Shown piece after piece: positions 27,848 through 37,486 of a stretch of 64,000 bases of DNA. The notes below the pieces were generated by a model that searched no databases, was not told where the DNA came from, and saw only the letters and a list, made by a program, of their open reading frames with translations. The DNA is from Candidatus Omnitrophota bacterium. GTDB lineage: Bacteria; Omnitrophota; Gorgyraeia; Tantalellales; Tantalellaceae. The stretch lies in the NCBI GenBank assembly GCA_043823005.1, contig JBDRBG010000116.1, forward strand, positions 3,989 to 67,988, in the 5' to 3' direction. Numbering within the stretch: the first letter of the stretch is position 1; every line of letters starts with the position of its first letter. The position numbers were made by a program, and so were the translations under genes.

Positions 27848-29578
27848 ATGGCTATATCACTTTCAAAAAAAATATGTGACATTCTTATTAAGAAAAAAAT
27901 CGTCACAGAAGAAGCTTTGAATAAAGCAAGGGCGCAGTGCGCCGAGAAAGGCGGCAGTCTAAGCGATATTCTTGTTAAGATGAACGCGGTTCCTAAAGAG
28001 GAACTATTGACAGCTATAAGTGACGAGGCCGGGTTTCCTCCTGTTAATCTTTCCAATTTCAACATTGAAGATGATGTTATCGCTCTTATTCCTAAAAAGT
28101 TCGCGGTTTCTTATAAAATAATTCCGGTATCACGCATGGGCACCCAGCTTACCGTGGCAATGGTCGATCCTCTTAATATATTCGCGATTGATGATCTTAA
28201 GCTTTTGACTCATCTGGAAATAAGTCCGGTCATTGCCTCTGAAGATGACATGGAAGAATCTTTGCGTAAGTATTATGAAAGATCCGCGCATGAAGAAATA
28301 AGTTCAATAGTCGAAGACATTGAAAGCGCTGAAATGGAAATGGTTCCCGAAGGCGAAGACATGTCCTCAACAGAACTTTTCAGGATAACACAGGAAACCC
28401 CGGTTGTGAAACTTGCCAATATGATACTGGGAAAAGCAGTCAAGGTCGGAGCGAGCGATATTTTAATAGAGCCAATGGAGGATGCCTCAAGAGTAAGGTA
28501 TAGGATAGACGGTACTTTGCGGGAGTTTTATTCTCCGCAGAAAAAATATCATCAGGCTATAATATCAAGAATTAAGGTCATGTCGAGTTTAGATATTGCT
28601 GAGCGGCGGTTACCTCAGGACGGACGGTTTTCTGTAAAGGTCGAAGACCGAAAAGTAGATTTTCGGATTTCTATTGTTCCGTCCAGTTTAGGCGAAAAAG
28701 CGGCTTTAAGGGTGCTTGACCAGCAACAGGCTACAATAGATATTGAGCGGCTGGGTTTTAATAAAAGAGACGTTAAAATAATAAAGGAGGCCGGAAGCTG
28801 TCCGCATGGCATGATTCTTATCTGCGGCCCTACCGGATGCGGAAAAACAACTACGCTTTATTCTCTTTTAAAAGATATCGATGATCCGACAAAAAATATT
28901 GTGACTGTTGAAGATCCGGTAGAATATGAACTTAAAGGGATAAACCAGGTAAGTATAAACGCGGAAATCGGGCTTACGTTTGCCGGTTGTTTAAGGTCCA
29001 TTTTGCGTCAGGATCCGGATGTTATAATGGTCGGAGAGATAAGGGATTTTGAGACGCTTGATGTCGCGATAAAATCAGCGTTAACCGGGCATGTTGTTTT
29101 AAGCACGCTTCACACAAACACTGCCGGCGGAGCGATTGTCCGGATGGTGAATATGGGAATAGAACCTTTTTTAATATCAGCTTCTGTCGAGCTAATTGCG
29201 GCTCAAAGATTATTACGGCTTTTGTGTCCGGAATGTAAAGAACCTTATAAGCCTTCGCGTCAGACAGCGGAAAAATACGGTCTCTTGAAAAATGAAGAAA
29301 TAATAAACATTTATAAACCTGTCGGATGTGATAGATGTATGAATAGCGGATATAAGGGCAGGGTAGGAATAATCGAGAGTCTGCGTCTTACTCCGGCGAT
29401 TAAGGATTTAATATTCAGAGGCGCAAGAGAATTTGAAATAGAACAAAAAGCCAGAGAAGAAGGTATGACCATGTTAAGGGAAAACGGGATAGAACATGTT
29501 ATCGCGGGAGAAGCATCACTGGAAGATGTGCTTTGTAGTACGGTTGAAAGTAAAAAAACAGGATCAGCAGAAAAATGA
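27848..29578 (+). CDS. pilB: Type IV pilus assembly ATPase PilB/GspE, paralog 1
   Basis: N-terminal T2SSE_N, Walker A GPTGCGKTTT, Asp box, Walker B DPDVIMVGEIRD, His box LSTLHTN, tetra-Cys Zn motif CPEC...CDRC. Confidence 0.85.
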   Translation: MAISLSKKICDILIKKKIVTEEALNKARAQCAEKGGSLSDILVKMNAVPKEELLTAISDEAGFPPVNLSNFNIEDDVIALIPKKFAVSYKIIPVSRMGTQLTVAMVDPLNIFAIDDLKLLTHLEISPVIASEDDMEESLRKYYERSAHEEISSIVEDIESAEMEMVPEGEDMSSTELFRITQETPVVKLANMILGKAVKVGASDILIEPMEDASRVRYRIDGTLREFYSPQKKYHQAIISRIKVMSSLDIAERRLPQDGRFSVKVEDRKVDFRISIVPSSLGEKAALRVLDQQQATIDIERLGFNKRDVKIIKEAGSCPHGMILICGPTGCGKTTTLYSLLKDIDDPTKNIVTVEDPVEYELKGINQVSINAEIGLTFAGCLRSILRQDPDVIMVGEIRDFETLDVAIKSALTGHVVLSTLHTNTAGGAIVRMVNMGIEPFLISASVELIAAQRLLRLLCPECKEPYKPSRQTAEKYGLLKNEEIINIYKPVGCDRCMNSGYKGRVGIIESLRLTPAIKDLIFRGAREFEIEQKAREEGMTMLRENGIEHVIAGEASLEDVLCSTVESKKTGSAEK

Positions 29579-31284
29579 GAACCTTTTCCAAACAGAAAAT
29601 AGTAGAAGCTCTTATACAAAGCGGGTTTATATCAGAAAAAGAATTAGAGCCTATCTTAGCGGAAGCAATAAAGCAGAGAGAAGTTAGTCTGATAAAACTG
29701 CTTTCAGACAGTAATATTATGTCTGAAATAGATTTATTGACAGTTTTAAGTAAAGAAATGGATATTCCTCCGATCGATATTTTAAATGTAAGATTAAATC
29801 CTAAACTGATGGAAATCGTATCGGAAAGACTTATCAGGCGGCATTGTATTCTTCCGTTGTCAAAAATAGGAGACGAAATAACAATAGTTGCTGCTGATCC
29901 CAGCGATATATTTGCCATTGATGATGTAAGAACGGTTACAGGTTGTGATGTTGAGATTGTGCTGGCGGCAAGAAACGCTATTAATGACGCGATCAATGTG
30001 TTTTATTCTAAAGACGAAGAAGAACTTTCGACTATTATGGAAGAAGCCCGTGAATCAGGGGACGATGTAGAGGTAATGGGAGAAAAAGAGGGGATCGATA
30101 TAACAGGGATAGCGGAAGAGAGTAAAGCGGCTCCGATAGTTAAGATGGTTGATCTTATAATCGGTGAGGCTATAGAAAAAAAGGCAAGTGACATACATAT
30201 CGAACCGCAGGAAAAATCATTAAGGATAAGGTATCGTATAGACGGACAGCTTTATAACGCGTTTGATCTTCCTAAAAAAAATCAAAATGCTATACTCGCA
30301 AGGCTTAAGATTATGTCAAATCTTGATATTACAGAGACAAGGGTTCCGCAGGACGGCCGGTTTCGGATACGGCTGGGAGAAAAAGAAATAGATTTTAGGG
30401 TATCTTCACTGCCTCTTAATTATGGGAACAAGATGGTTTTACGAGCTCTGGATAAAGCTAATCTTTCTGTGGGGTTGGAAACCCTGGGTTTTTTGCCGGA
30501 ACCGCTTGCTGATTTCAAAGAGGCGCTTTCAAGGCCTTTTGGAATAATCCTGGTTACAGGCCCTACCGGAAGCGGAAAATCTACTACACTATATTCAATT
30601 CTTAATTCGATGAATGTTCCCGGAAGAAATATAGTGACTGTGGAGGATCCTGTTGAATATCAGGTCCAGGGTATAACGCAGATCGCGGCGCGTCCTGAAA
30701 TAGGTCTTGATTTTGCCAGCGGATTAAGAGCGATTTTAAGACAGAGCCCTGATACTATACTTGTAGGCGAGATAAGGGATTTTGAGACCGCTGATATAGC
30801 GATAAAAGCGTCGCTTACCGGTCAGATGGTACTTAGTACTCTTCATACGAATAACGCTGTGGGCGCGATAACAAGGCTCGTAAATATGGGTATAGAACCT
30901 TTTCTTGTAGCTTCCAGCCTTGTTATGGCATGCGCGCAAAGACTGTTAAGAAAGATATGTTCTAATTGTAAGGCGGAAGAAGACATCCCTGCAGATGTGT
31001 TGAAAAAAATAAGAAGCAAATATTCGGAAGCAGTCGGGGTTAATAAATTTTATCACGGAACGGGTTGTGAGCAGTGCCATAATACCGGGTATAAAGGAAG
31101 ATTAGGGACCCTGGAGACTCTTCTGATAGATGACGAGATAAAAGAAATGATAATAGCCCGCAAATCAGAAGAAGATATAAACGTTTATCTGAAAAAACAG
31201 GGAGCAATGACTCTTCGGGATAATGCTATGCGGAAATTTATAAGAGGATGGACAAGCCTGGAGGAAGTGTATCGGGTAACTTAA
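29575..31284 (+). CDS. Type IV pilus/T2SS assembly ATPase PilB/GspE, paralog 2
   Basis: Same architecture (GPTGSGKSTT, SPDTILVGEIRD, LSTLHTN, CSNC...CEQC). Its start codon overlaps the paralog-1 stop (ATGA). Confidence 0.85.
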   Translation: MRTFSKQKIVEALIQSGFISEKELEPILAEAIKQREVSLIKLLSDSNIMSEIDLLTVLSKEMDIPPIDILNVRLNPKLMEIVSERLIRRHCILPLSKIGDEITIVAADPSDIFAIDDVRTVTGCDVEIVLAARNAINDAINVFYSKDEEELSTIMEEARESGDDVEVMGEKEGIDITGIAEESKAAPIVKMVDLIIGEAIEKKASDIHIEPQEKSLRIRYRIDGQLYNAFDLPKKNQNAILARLKIMSNLDITETRVPQDGRFRIRLGEKEIDFRVSSLPLNYGNKMVLRALDKANLSVGLETLGFLPEPLADFKEALSRPFGIILVTGPTGSGKSTTLYSILNSMNVPGRNIVTVEDPVEYQVQGITQIAARPEIGLDFASGLRAILRQSPDTILVGEIRDFETADIAIKASLTGQMVLSTLHTNNAVGAITRLVNMGIEPFLVASSLVMACAQRLLRKICSNCKAEEDIPADVLKKIRSKYSEAVGVNKFYHGTGCEQCHNTGYKGRLGTLETLLIDDEIKEMIIARKSEEDINVYLKKQGAMTLRDNAMRKFIRGWTSLEEVYRVT

Positions 31285-31462
31285 TTAGTTGATAGTTGAT
31301 GGTTAGTTGGTTGATGGTTGTAAAATGGCGCGTAGGAGGGGTCTCCCGACCCCGAACAGGAATGTAATCGGTTTGTCGTCAGGAGACCCGCCAGAGGCGG
31401 GCAGGCTCCTATAGGGAATATTTAGACTGCTTGTACTAGGACATGTAAAAGAAGGGAAATAT

Positions 31463-32683
31463 ATGGGAAAATTTGTTTATACAGCAAAAGACAGTACAGG
31501 ACATACTCTTAAAGGCGAGCTTTTAGCGGCTGACAAGAAAAAAGCGCTTGATATTTTAAGAGAAAAAGGGCTTTTGGTCCTTAACCTTGAAGCGTTTAAG
31601 GAAAAATCAGCCATGTTTTCTTTTCTTAGCCTCACCTCAAAAAAAAAGATCGCAATGGAGGAACTTGTTATCTTTAGCCGGCAGATGGCGACAATGACAG
31701 GCGCGGGCATTACTATTGTGGATTCGCTTGATACACTGGCTGATCAAGTGGATAACCCTTCTTTACAGAAGATTCTTAAAGATATCAGAGATTCCGTAAA
31801 TACAGGAGCAAGCCTTTCTGAAGCCATGAGTAAATATACGGTAGTTTTTTCCGCGTATTTTGTTAATATGATCAAGGCCGGAGAATCCAGCGGTATGCTT
31901 GATGAAGTGCTTGAAAGAATATCTTCCTATATGGAAAAGACAAACGCTTTACAGAAAAAGATTAAAACAGCTATGGTCTATCCTTCGATTGTTTCATTAA
32001 TGGCTGTAGGAATAACGCTTGTTATGATTTTAAAAGTTATTCCTGTTTTTAAGGATATGTTCTCCGGGTTTGGCGCAGCGCTGCCTGCTCCGACTATGTT
32101 TTTAATAAATCTAAGTGACGCGATGAGGCATTATTTTGTTTTTTTTGTCGTCGGATTTGTTATATTCGGAGTGATTGTTAAGCGATATACCCGGACTGAA
32201 AAGGGCCAAACAGTTATTGATGGCTTGAAACTAAAGATGCCTGTTTTTGGGGAATTATTTAAAAGGGTCGCGATAAGTAAATTTACAAGGACATTAAGTA
32301 CCTTAATGAAAAGCGGTGTTCCCATTCTTACTGCTCTTGAAATAGTCGCGAAAACAGCGGGCAATCGGGTTGTCGAGAAGTCCATTAATACAGTAAGAGA
32401 CAGTGTGCGTGAAGGGGAAAGCATTTCAAGTCCTATGGCAAAAAGCGGTATTTTTCCGCCTCTTGTTACCCGTATGGTAGCAGTAGGTGAAAAAAGCGGC
32501 GAACTTGAAACCATGCTTATAAAAATAGCTGATTTTTATGATGAACAGGTTGATGCCATTGTAGACGGGCTTACAAGTCTTATTGAACCTCTTATTATAG
32601 CTTTTTTAGGTATTGTGATAGGAGGTATAGTTATTTCTATGTTTTTGCCGATATTTCAGATATCGAGTCTAGTCAATATGTAA
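31463..32683 (+). CDS. pilC: Type IV pilus platform protein PilC (GspF family)
   Basis: 406 aa with two GspF-type repeats and three TM helices. Confidence 0.85.
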   Translation: MGKFVYTAKDSTGHTLKGELLAADKKKALDILREKGLLVLNLEAFKEKSAMFSFLSLTSKKKIAMEELVIFSRQMATMTGAGITIVDSLDTLADQVDNPSLQKILKDIRDSVNTGASLSEAMSKYTVVFSAYFVNMIKAGESSGMLDEVLERISSYMEKTNALQKKIKTAMVYPSIVSLMAVGITLVMILKVIPVFKDMFSGFGAALPAPTMFLINLSDAMRHYFVFFVVGFVIFGVIVKRYTRTEKGQTVIDGLKLKMPVFGELFKRVAISKFTRTLSTLMKSGVPILTALEIVAKTAGNRVVEKSINTVRDSVREGESISSPMAKSGIFPPLVTRMVAVGEKSGELETMLIKIADFYDEQVDAIVDGLTSLIEPLIIAFLGIVIGGIVISMFLPIFQISSLVNM

Positions 32684-32773
32684 AAAAGGTTCTATGGGAT
32701 TATATGGACGTGGATATGTAAAAAGCCAGAAATGCCTGTTTTTTTAACTTTAAAAAAGAGACGTTTTAAATAT

Positions 32774-32802
32774 TTGCTCTTAAGGAAAATGATGGGTATA
32801 CT
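32774..32802 (+). promoter_or_regulatory. Sigma70-like promoter upstream of the pilin gene
   Basis: TTGCTC, 17-nt spacer, TATACT. About 60 nt upstream of the pilin start. Confidence 0.4.
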
Positions 32803-32862
32803 TAAAGTGGAAGGGTATAAGAAGATCTTTCCAAAAATATTACAAAAAAGGAGGTGAGAACA

Positions 32863-33225
32863 ATGAAGATACAAAAATTATTGGGTAAAAAGGGTTTCAC
32901 GCTTGTTGAAATAATGATAGTTGTGGCAATTATAGGTCTATTGGCTGCTATAGCCATTCCAAATTTCGTGAAGGCCCAGGCAACAGCCCAGGAAAAAGCA
33001 TGTATAGCGAATCTAAAGCAAATAGACGGAGCTAAAACTTTATATGCGCTGGATAACAACGTGGCTTCAGGAGGTGCCTGTGCAATGTCGAATCTGGTCA
33101 CAGACTATATAAAGTCAACTCCGCAATGTCCTGCCGGAGGCGCTGATACTGACTATACTCCGGGTGTGATTGGAACAACAGATCCGGTATGTACAATTAA
33201 CGGAACGGATCATGTATTGCCATAA
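32863..33225 (+). CDS. pilA: Type IV pilin (PilA-like)
   Basis: Leader MKIQKLLGKKG then FTLVEIMIVVAIIGLLAAIAIPNF (class III signal, Glu at +5). ~110-aa mature protein with Cys pairs. A sigma70-like promoter lies upstream and a strong terminator downstream. Confidence 0.85.
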   Translation: MKIQKLLGKKGFTLVEIMIVVAIIGLLAAIAIPNFVKAQATAQEKACIANLKQIDGAKTLYALDNNVASGGACAMSNLVTDYIKSTPQCPAGGADTDYTPGVIGTTDPVCTINGTDHVLP

Positions 33226-33251
33226 TAAGTAGCGGGCATTTCAACAAGAAT

Positions 33252-33296
33252 GACAAAAAGAGGCAAATATGTTTAATAATTGCCTCTTTTTTGTCA
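33252..33296 (+). terminator. Rho-independent terminator after the pilin gene
   Basis: GACAAAAAGAGGCAA, loop, TTGCCTCTTTTTTGTC. About 15-bp stem followed by a T-run. Confidence 0.65.
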
Positions 33297-33349
33297 TTAG
33301 GAATAAGAAGTAAAATGACATTTTACTGTGCCGTTCAGGCTGTGTTGCA

Positions 33350-33555
33350 ACGTCTTTGTGAGGGTAGCGAAGCGACCGCGGCAATCTCTCCCGCGTCTTT
33401 GCGGAGGAGTGAAACGACTGAAGCATCTCTATAATATGGTTCCCCCATAACATTTATATTATTACTGCTATCAAGATTGCTTCGCTATGCTCGCAAAGAC
33501 GAAGAGAAATTGAGATTATCCAGTCTGTTGCGGACAAAGTGAAGCAATCCGGCTT
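33350..33555. repeat. R1 units (direct plus inverted) between the two pilin genes
   Basis: CGTCTTTGTGAGGGTAGCGAAGCGACCGCGGCAATCTC, GCGTCTTTGCGGAGG...AAGCATCTC, then AAGATTGCTTCGC...CTCGCAAAGACG and further arm fragments. Confidence 0.7.
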
Positions 33556-33738
33556 CTCTTAAAGACCTAGTAGCGGCTTTTTTATAGCTGAACTATTACG
33601 ATAACAAAGAGATAAATATTTTTCATAAGAATCTTTTTTGTATTTATTTTGATTTAATTGGATTTTTTTGAAATAATATGGCATATATTGTTTAGTAAAT
33701 AATATTATTGGCTCTAAAATTCAACAAGGAGAATTTCA

Positions 33739-34074
33739 ATGAAGGGTAGGGGATTTACTCTGGTTGAGATCATGATCGTTACTGCTATTATTGGGATAGT
33801 AGCGGCAGTGGTTGTTTTTAACACGACAAAAGCGGCTGAAATAGCGCAATCCAAGACATGTATAGCAAATCTCAGACAGCTTTACGGTGCAAAGATGATG
33901 TGGGCAGCGGATAACGGCAAGATTTCGGGGGATGTCTGTATTATGTCAGACATAGTTTCTGATTATTTAAAATCTACGCCTTCTTGTCCTTCCGGAGGCA
34001 ATTATACTATCGGCAATGTGGGGACAACGCCTGCTTGCAGTTTAGAATCAGGAGATGATCATAAAGTCTTTTGA
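33739..34074 (+). CDS. Type IV pilin paralog
   Basis: MKGRG then FTLVEIMIVTAIIGIVAAVVVF. Shares the CIANL(K/R)Q...DN motif with the first pilin. Confidence 0.8.
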   Translation: MKGRGFTLVEIMIVTAIIGIVAAVVVFNTTKAAEIAQSKTCIANLRQLYGAKMMWAADNGKISGDVCIMSDIVSDYLKSTPSCPSGGNYTIGNVGTTPACSLESGDDHKVF

Positions 34075-34173
34075 TGCTGTCGGCTTTTTATATCCAATTA
34101 AAGAAAATGATATTAGATTTTTATGTTTCATTTGCATTCGGAGTTAACCGGGGAATGAAAGATCGGTTTGATT

Positions 34174-36039
34174 ATGTATAGACAAAAAACTGTTTTTTTG
34201 ATCATATTACTTTTGTTCGCGGCATCATTTGTATGTTATTCAAATATGCTTCATGCGGACTTTGTCTGGGATGATGAATTTTTAGTTGTGAGAAATTCGT
34301 TGATACGCGTTCCTTTGTGGTCATTTCAATTTTTTAAACAGGATATTTTAAATACAGGATTTACTCATTCTCTTTATTACCGCCCTGTACAGATCTTAAG
34401 TTACGCGATAGATTACCGTTTATGGGGACTTAACCCTTTTGGTTTTCATCTCTCAAATATAATACTTCATTTTATTAACGGAGTATTATTATTTTTTTTG
34501 GTTTTCAAACTTACGCGGAGTGAGTTTACAGCGTTTTTTTCTTCTCTTTTTTTTATAATCCATCCGATACAAACAGGCGCGGTTTCTTATGTTTCAGGCA
34601 GGGGTGAACTTCTGTTTTTTCTGTTTGGTTTTCTGTATATGCGGTTATATCTTTGTTTTAAAGATAAAAAGAATTATTTCCTTTTTGTTTTAAGTTTGTT
34701 TTTTCTCACGCTTTCTTTTCTTTGCAAAGAAGCCGCTATTATTTTTCCTGTACTACTTTTTTTGATCGGCAGACTTTTTTTAAAAGAAAAAAAATTAAGA
34801 GCTATGAAGTTTCAGGCGCCCGGATTTATTCTTGCGGGATTATATGTGATCGCTCGTTATTTTTTTGGACACGGACAATTGCGATTTTTAAAGGGTATTG
34901 ACATTAAAGAGGTTTTGTTTAAATATTTTATAATGGTTAAAGAACTTTGGGGCCTTATTCTTTATCCCGGAGATCTTCACATGAGAAGGGAGCTTATCTT
35001 TAACAATATTTATACGATAATTTTTTTCTGTTTTTTTCTTTTTAGCGGGATTGTTTTTTATAGACAAAAAAAAGAAAGAAACATATTGTTGTTTTCATTC
35101 ATTTTTTATCTTACAGGTCTTGTTCCATTCGTGTTTTCATTCGGAAGTTTTAATGTTTTTGCCGAACACTGGGCTTATTTGCCCGGATGCGGAATATTTT
35201 TATTTATAGCCTTTGAGATCTCAAAGATGCTTGAGAAGAATAGACGTTTCTATAAAATTTTTGCCGCTACGGGTATATTTTTTATAGTTTTTTTATCAGC
35301 ATTAAGCACAAGGGAATATAATGAATTCTGGAAAGACGACAGTTCTCTCAGTAATAGGATTTTAAGTTTTTCTGATCAGGACGATTCCGCGATGTATTAT
35401 AGGATATTGTCTGCGCGGGATAGCGGCAAAAAGGACGAGGTTTTCGAAAGGATGCGGGAATACGCGGAGAGTTATCCCGATGATCCGGCAGTCTGGTATA
35501 TAAAAGGAAGAAATACTCTTGCAATGGGAGATGTCGATGCCGCGGAAAAAGATTTTGAAAAAGTTTTTAATATAGCGCCGGGATATGTTGAAGGCTATAT
35601 GGGGCTTGCTTTGATCGAGTTTGCGCGAGGCCGTAACAGTGAAGGTATCTGTTATCTTGAAAAGCTGGTAAGCGTAAATTCAAAAAACAGTGAAGCGTTG
35701 CTTCGGTTAGGAACAGCTTATTATTCGGAAGGAAAAACAGAAGAAGCGTTTAAAGCTATGCGTAAAGCCGGTGAAATTAACGCGTATGATTATAATTATC
35801 TGGTAAACATGGGGTCTCTGCGCGCTAGAGAAGGAGAGCTTCAAGAAGCAATAAAATTGTTTTTACGGGCTATAAAGATATATCCGAATGTTCCCCTGGT
35901 TCATTATAATATGGGGGAAGTTTTTCGTTCTGTCGGAGAAAAAAAAGAAGCGAAAAAATGGTTTCAAAAAACAATAATGATAGACGCGAATTTTTCTCCG
36001 GCAATACAGGCGCTTCAGGAAATGGCAAACAGTGAATAG
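34174..36039 (+). CDS. TMTC-like GT-C-fold membrane protein with C-terminal TPR repeats (candidate protein O-glycosyltransferase)
   Basis: About 11 TM helices, an N-terminal loop motif ADFVWDDEF (resembles the DFVxDD loop of TMTC/PMT-family GT-C enzymes) and at least 5 C-terminal TPR repeats. Confidence 0.55.
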   Translation: MYRQKTVFLIILLLFAASFVCYSNMLHADFVWDDEFLVVRNSLIRVPLWSFQFFKQDILNTGFTHSLYYRPVQILSYAIDYRLWGLNPFGFHLSNIILHFINGVLLFFLVFKLTRSEFTAFFSSLFFIIHPIQTGAVSYVSGRGELLFFLFGFLYMRLYLCFKDKKNYFLFVLSLFFLTLSFLCKEAAIIFPVLLFLIGRLFLKEKKLRAMKFQAPGFILAGLYVIARYFFGHGQLRFLKGIDIKEVLFKYFIMVKELWGLILYPGDLHMRRELIFNNIYTIIFFCFFLFSGIVFYRQKKERNILLFSFIFYLTGLVPFVFSFGSFNVFAEHWAYLPGCGIFLFIAFEISKMLEKNRRFYKIFAATGIFFIVFLSALSTREYNEFWKDDSSLSNRILSFSDQDDSAMYYRILSARDSGKKDEVFERMREYAESYPDDPAVWYIKGRNTLAMGDVDAAEKDFEKVFNIAPGYVEGYMGLALIEFARGRNSEGICYLEKLVSVNSKNSEALLRLGTAYYSEGKTEEAFKAMRKAGEINAYDYNYLVNMGSLRAREGELQEAIKLFLRAIKIYPNVPLVHYNMGEVFRSVGEKKEAKKWFQKTIMIDANFSPAIQALQEMANSE

Positions 36040-36135
36040 GGTTGACAGTTGACGGTTAGTTGGTTGATGTTTAAGGGGAAAGGTTCTTGACGGGTAAACA
36101 GTCAACGAACCAACGGTCAACCGTCAACAAACCGG
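36040..36135. repeat. R2 palindromic element abutting the TMTC-like gene stop codon
   Basis: TAGGGTTGACAGTTGACGGTTAGTTGGTTGATGTTTAAGGGGAAAGGTTCTTGACGGGTAAACAGTCAACGAACCAACGGTCAACCGTCAACAAAC. Confidence 0.8.
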
Positions 36136-36340
36136 TGAATAGGGAATAGTGTCTTGTCCTAAAAATAGAGGAAGGGAGATTGCCGGCTTGTAGCCCGCAA
36201 TGACAGAAGGGGGTCGTCATTGCGAAGGCCGAGCCAGCCGAGGCCTGTGGCAATCTGTTATGTAAAAGTGTTTAATTTTTAATAACGATACAAGGTGCAA
36301 AGATGCTTGATTTTTTTTAACATCTAATCCAGTCTTAACC

Positions 36341-36369
36341 TTGACAACGTTAAATGGATATGATAATCT
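36341..36369 (+). promoter_or_regulatory. Sigma70-like promoter upstream of pilM
   Basis: TTGACA, 17-nt spacer, TAATCT. The 13-mer TGACAACGTTAAA recurs at ~43893 upstream of the first pilV-like cassette. Confidence 0.4.
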
Positions 36370-36440
36370 CTCATTAAGATTAATATATATATAACTATAT
36401 TATTAATTTAAACTTATAAATATTTAGCTCGGCATTAATT

Positions 36441-37460
36441 ATGATAAAATTGGGCAATATAAAACAATCTTCAGTAGGGCTTGATATCGGCACTAATTCA
36501 GTCAAAATTGCTTGTTTGCGGAAAAATGCTGATAAAAATACGCTTCTTGGGTATAACATAAAAAATCTGCCGTTTGATATTAAACCTGATCATGTAATAG
36601 ATGTTGTGAGGGAGGCTTTTGAGGAAATCGAGCTTAGTCCCGATGAGATAAATCTGTCCATATCAGGGCCGGAAGTTATTGTGAGATTTGTTGATCTTCC
36701 TAAAATGACCAAAGAACAGCTTGAAAGCGCGCTTGTGTTTGAAGCTGAAAAATATATTCCTTTTAATATTAACGACGTTATGCTTGATTTTATCATTCTC
36801 GGGGATTCAAGTGAACCCGGACAAATGAAAGTGCTTTTGGCGGCCGCGAAAAAGGAAGCTATAAATTCACGTTTATCAATGGCGGAAAATCTGGGGATGG
36901 CAGTAAATCTTCTTGATATTAACTCTTTCGCGATGTTTAACGCGTTTCTCGCGTCTAATCAGGAGGATTTAGATGGAAAAGGTATAGCGTTTTTTGACCT
37001 GGGATATTCAGATACAAATGTTATTATATCAACGGGTAAAGTCCCGAGTTTTATGAGGTTAATACAAATAGGGACTAAGGATATAATTTCCGCGATGAGC
37101 CGTAATTTGTCTATTCCGATTGATCAGGTTGATGCTTTGATGATGGGGAAAGATGAAGCTTCAAATAATTCAATAAGGGAAGGGGCTGGTTCTATTTTAG
37201 ATGATCTGGTAAATGAGATGCAGCTTTCTTTTGGATATTTTGAGAATAGAAGTAATATCGCGGTTAAAGAGGTTTTTTGTTCCGGAGGAATGGTACATCA
37301 ACAGGTTGCGCTGGATTATTTGAGTCAGAAATTAGAGGTAACACTTAAAAAGTGGAACCCGTTGGAAGGACTTATATTGTCGGAAAGTCTTTCCGGCGAA
37401 GATCTGGAAAAAGCTGCTTCACAACTTGCTGTAGCTGTGGGGTTAGCTCTAAGGGATTGA
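36441..37460 (+). CDS. pilM: Type IV pilus assembly protein PilM (actin-like)
   Basis: GLDIGTNSVKIA N-terminus and PilM architecture. Followed by pilN/O/P/Q. Confidence 0.85.
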   Translation: MIKLGNIKQSSVGLDIGTNSVKIACLRKNADKNTLLGYNIKNLPFDIKPDHVIDVVREAFEEIELSPDEINLSISGPEVIVRFVDLPKMTKEQLESALVFEAEKYIPFNINDVMLDFIILGDSSEPGQMKVLLAAAKKEAINSRLSMAENLGMAVNLLDINSFAMFNAFLASNQEDLDGKGIAFFDLGYSDTNVIISTGKVPSFMRLIQIGTKDIISAMSRNLSIPIDQVDALMMGKDEASNNSIREGAGSILDDLVNEMQLSFGYFENRSNIAVKEVFCSGGMVHQQVALDYLSQKLEVTLKKWNPLEGLILSESLSGEDLEKAASQLAVAVGLALRD

Positions 37461-37486
37461 TATTTTTTATAATTTTATAATATTCA

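Noticed and set aside
33640-33740. Possible sigma54 (-24/-12) promoter TGGCATATATTGTTT upstream of the second pilin
   Set aside because: The -24 TGGCA is present but the -12 element is TTGT rather than TTGC/GC, and no bEBP gene is nearby. It is too weak to call.
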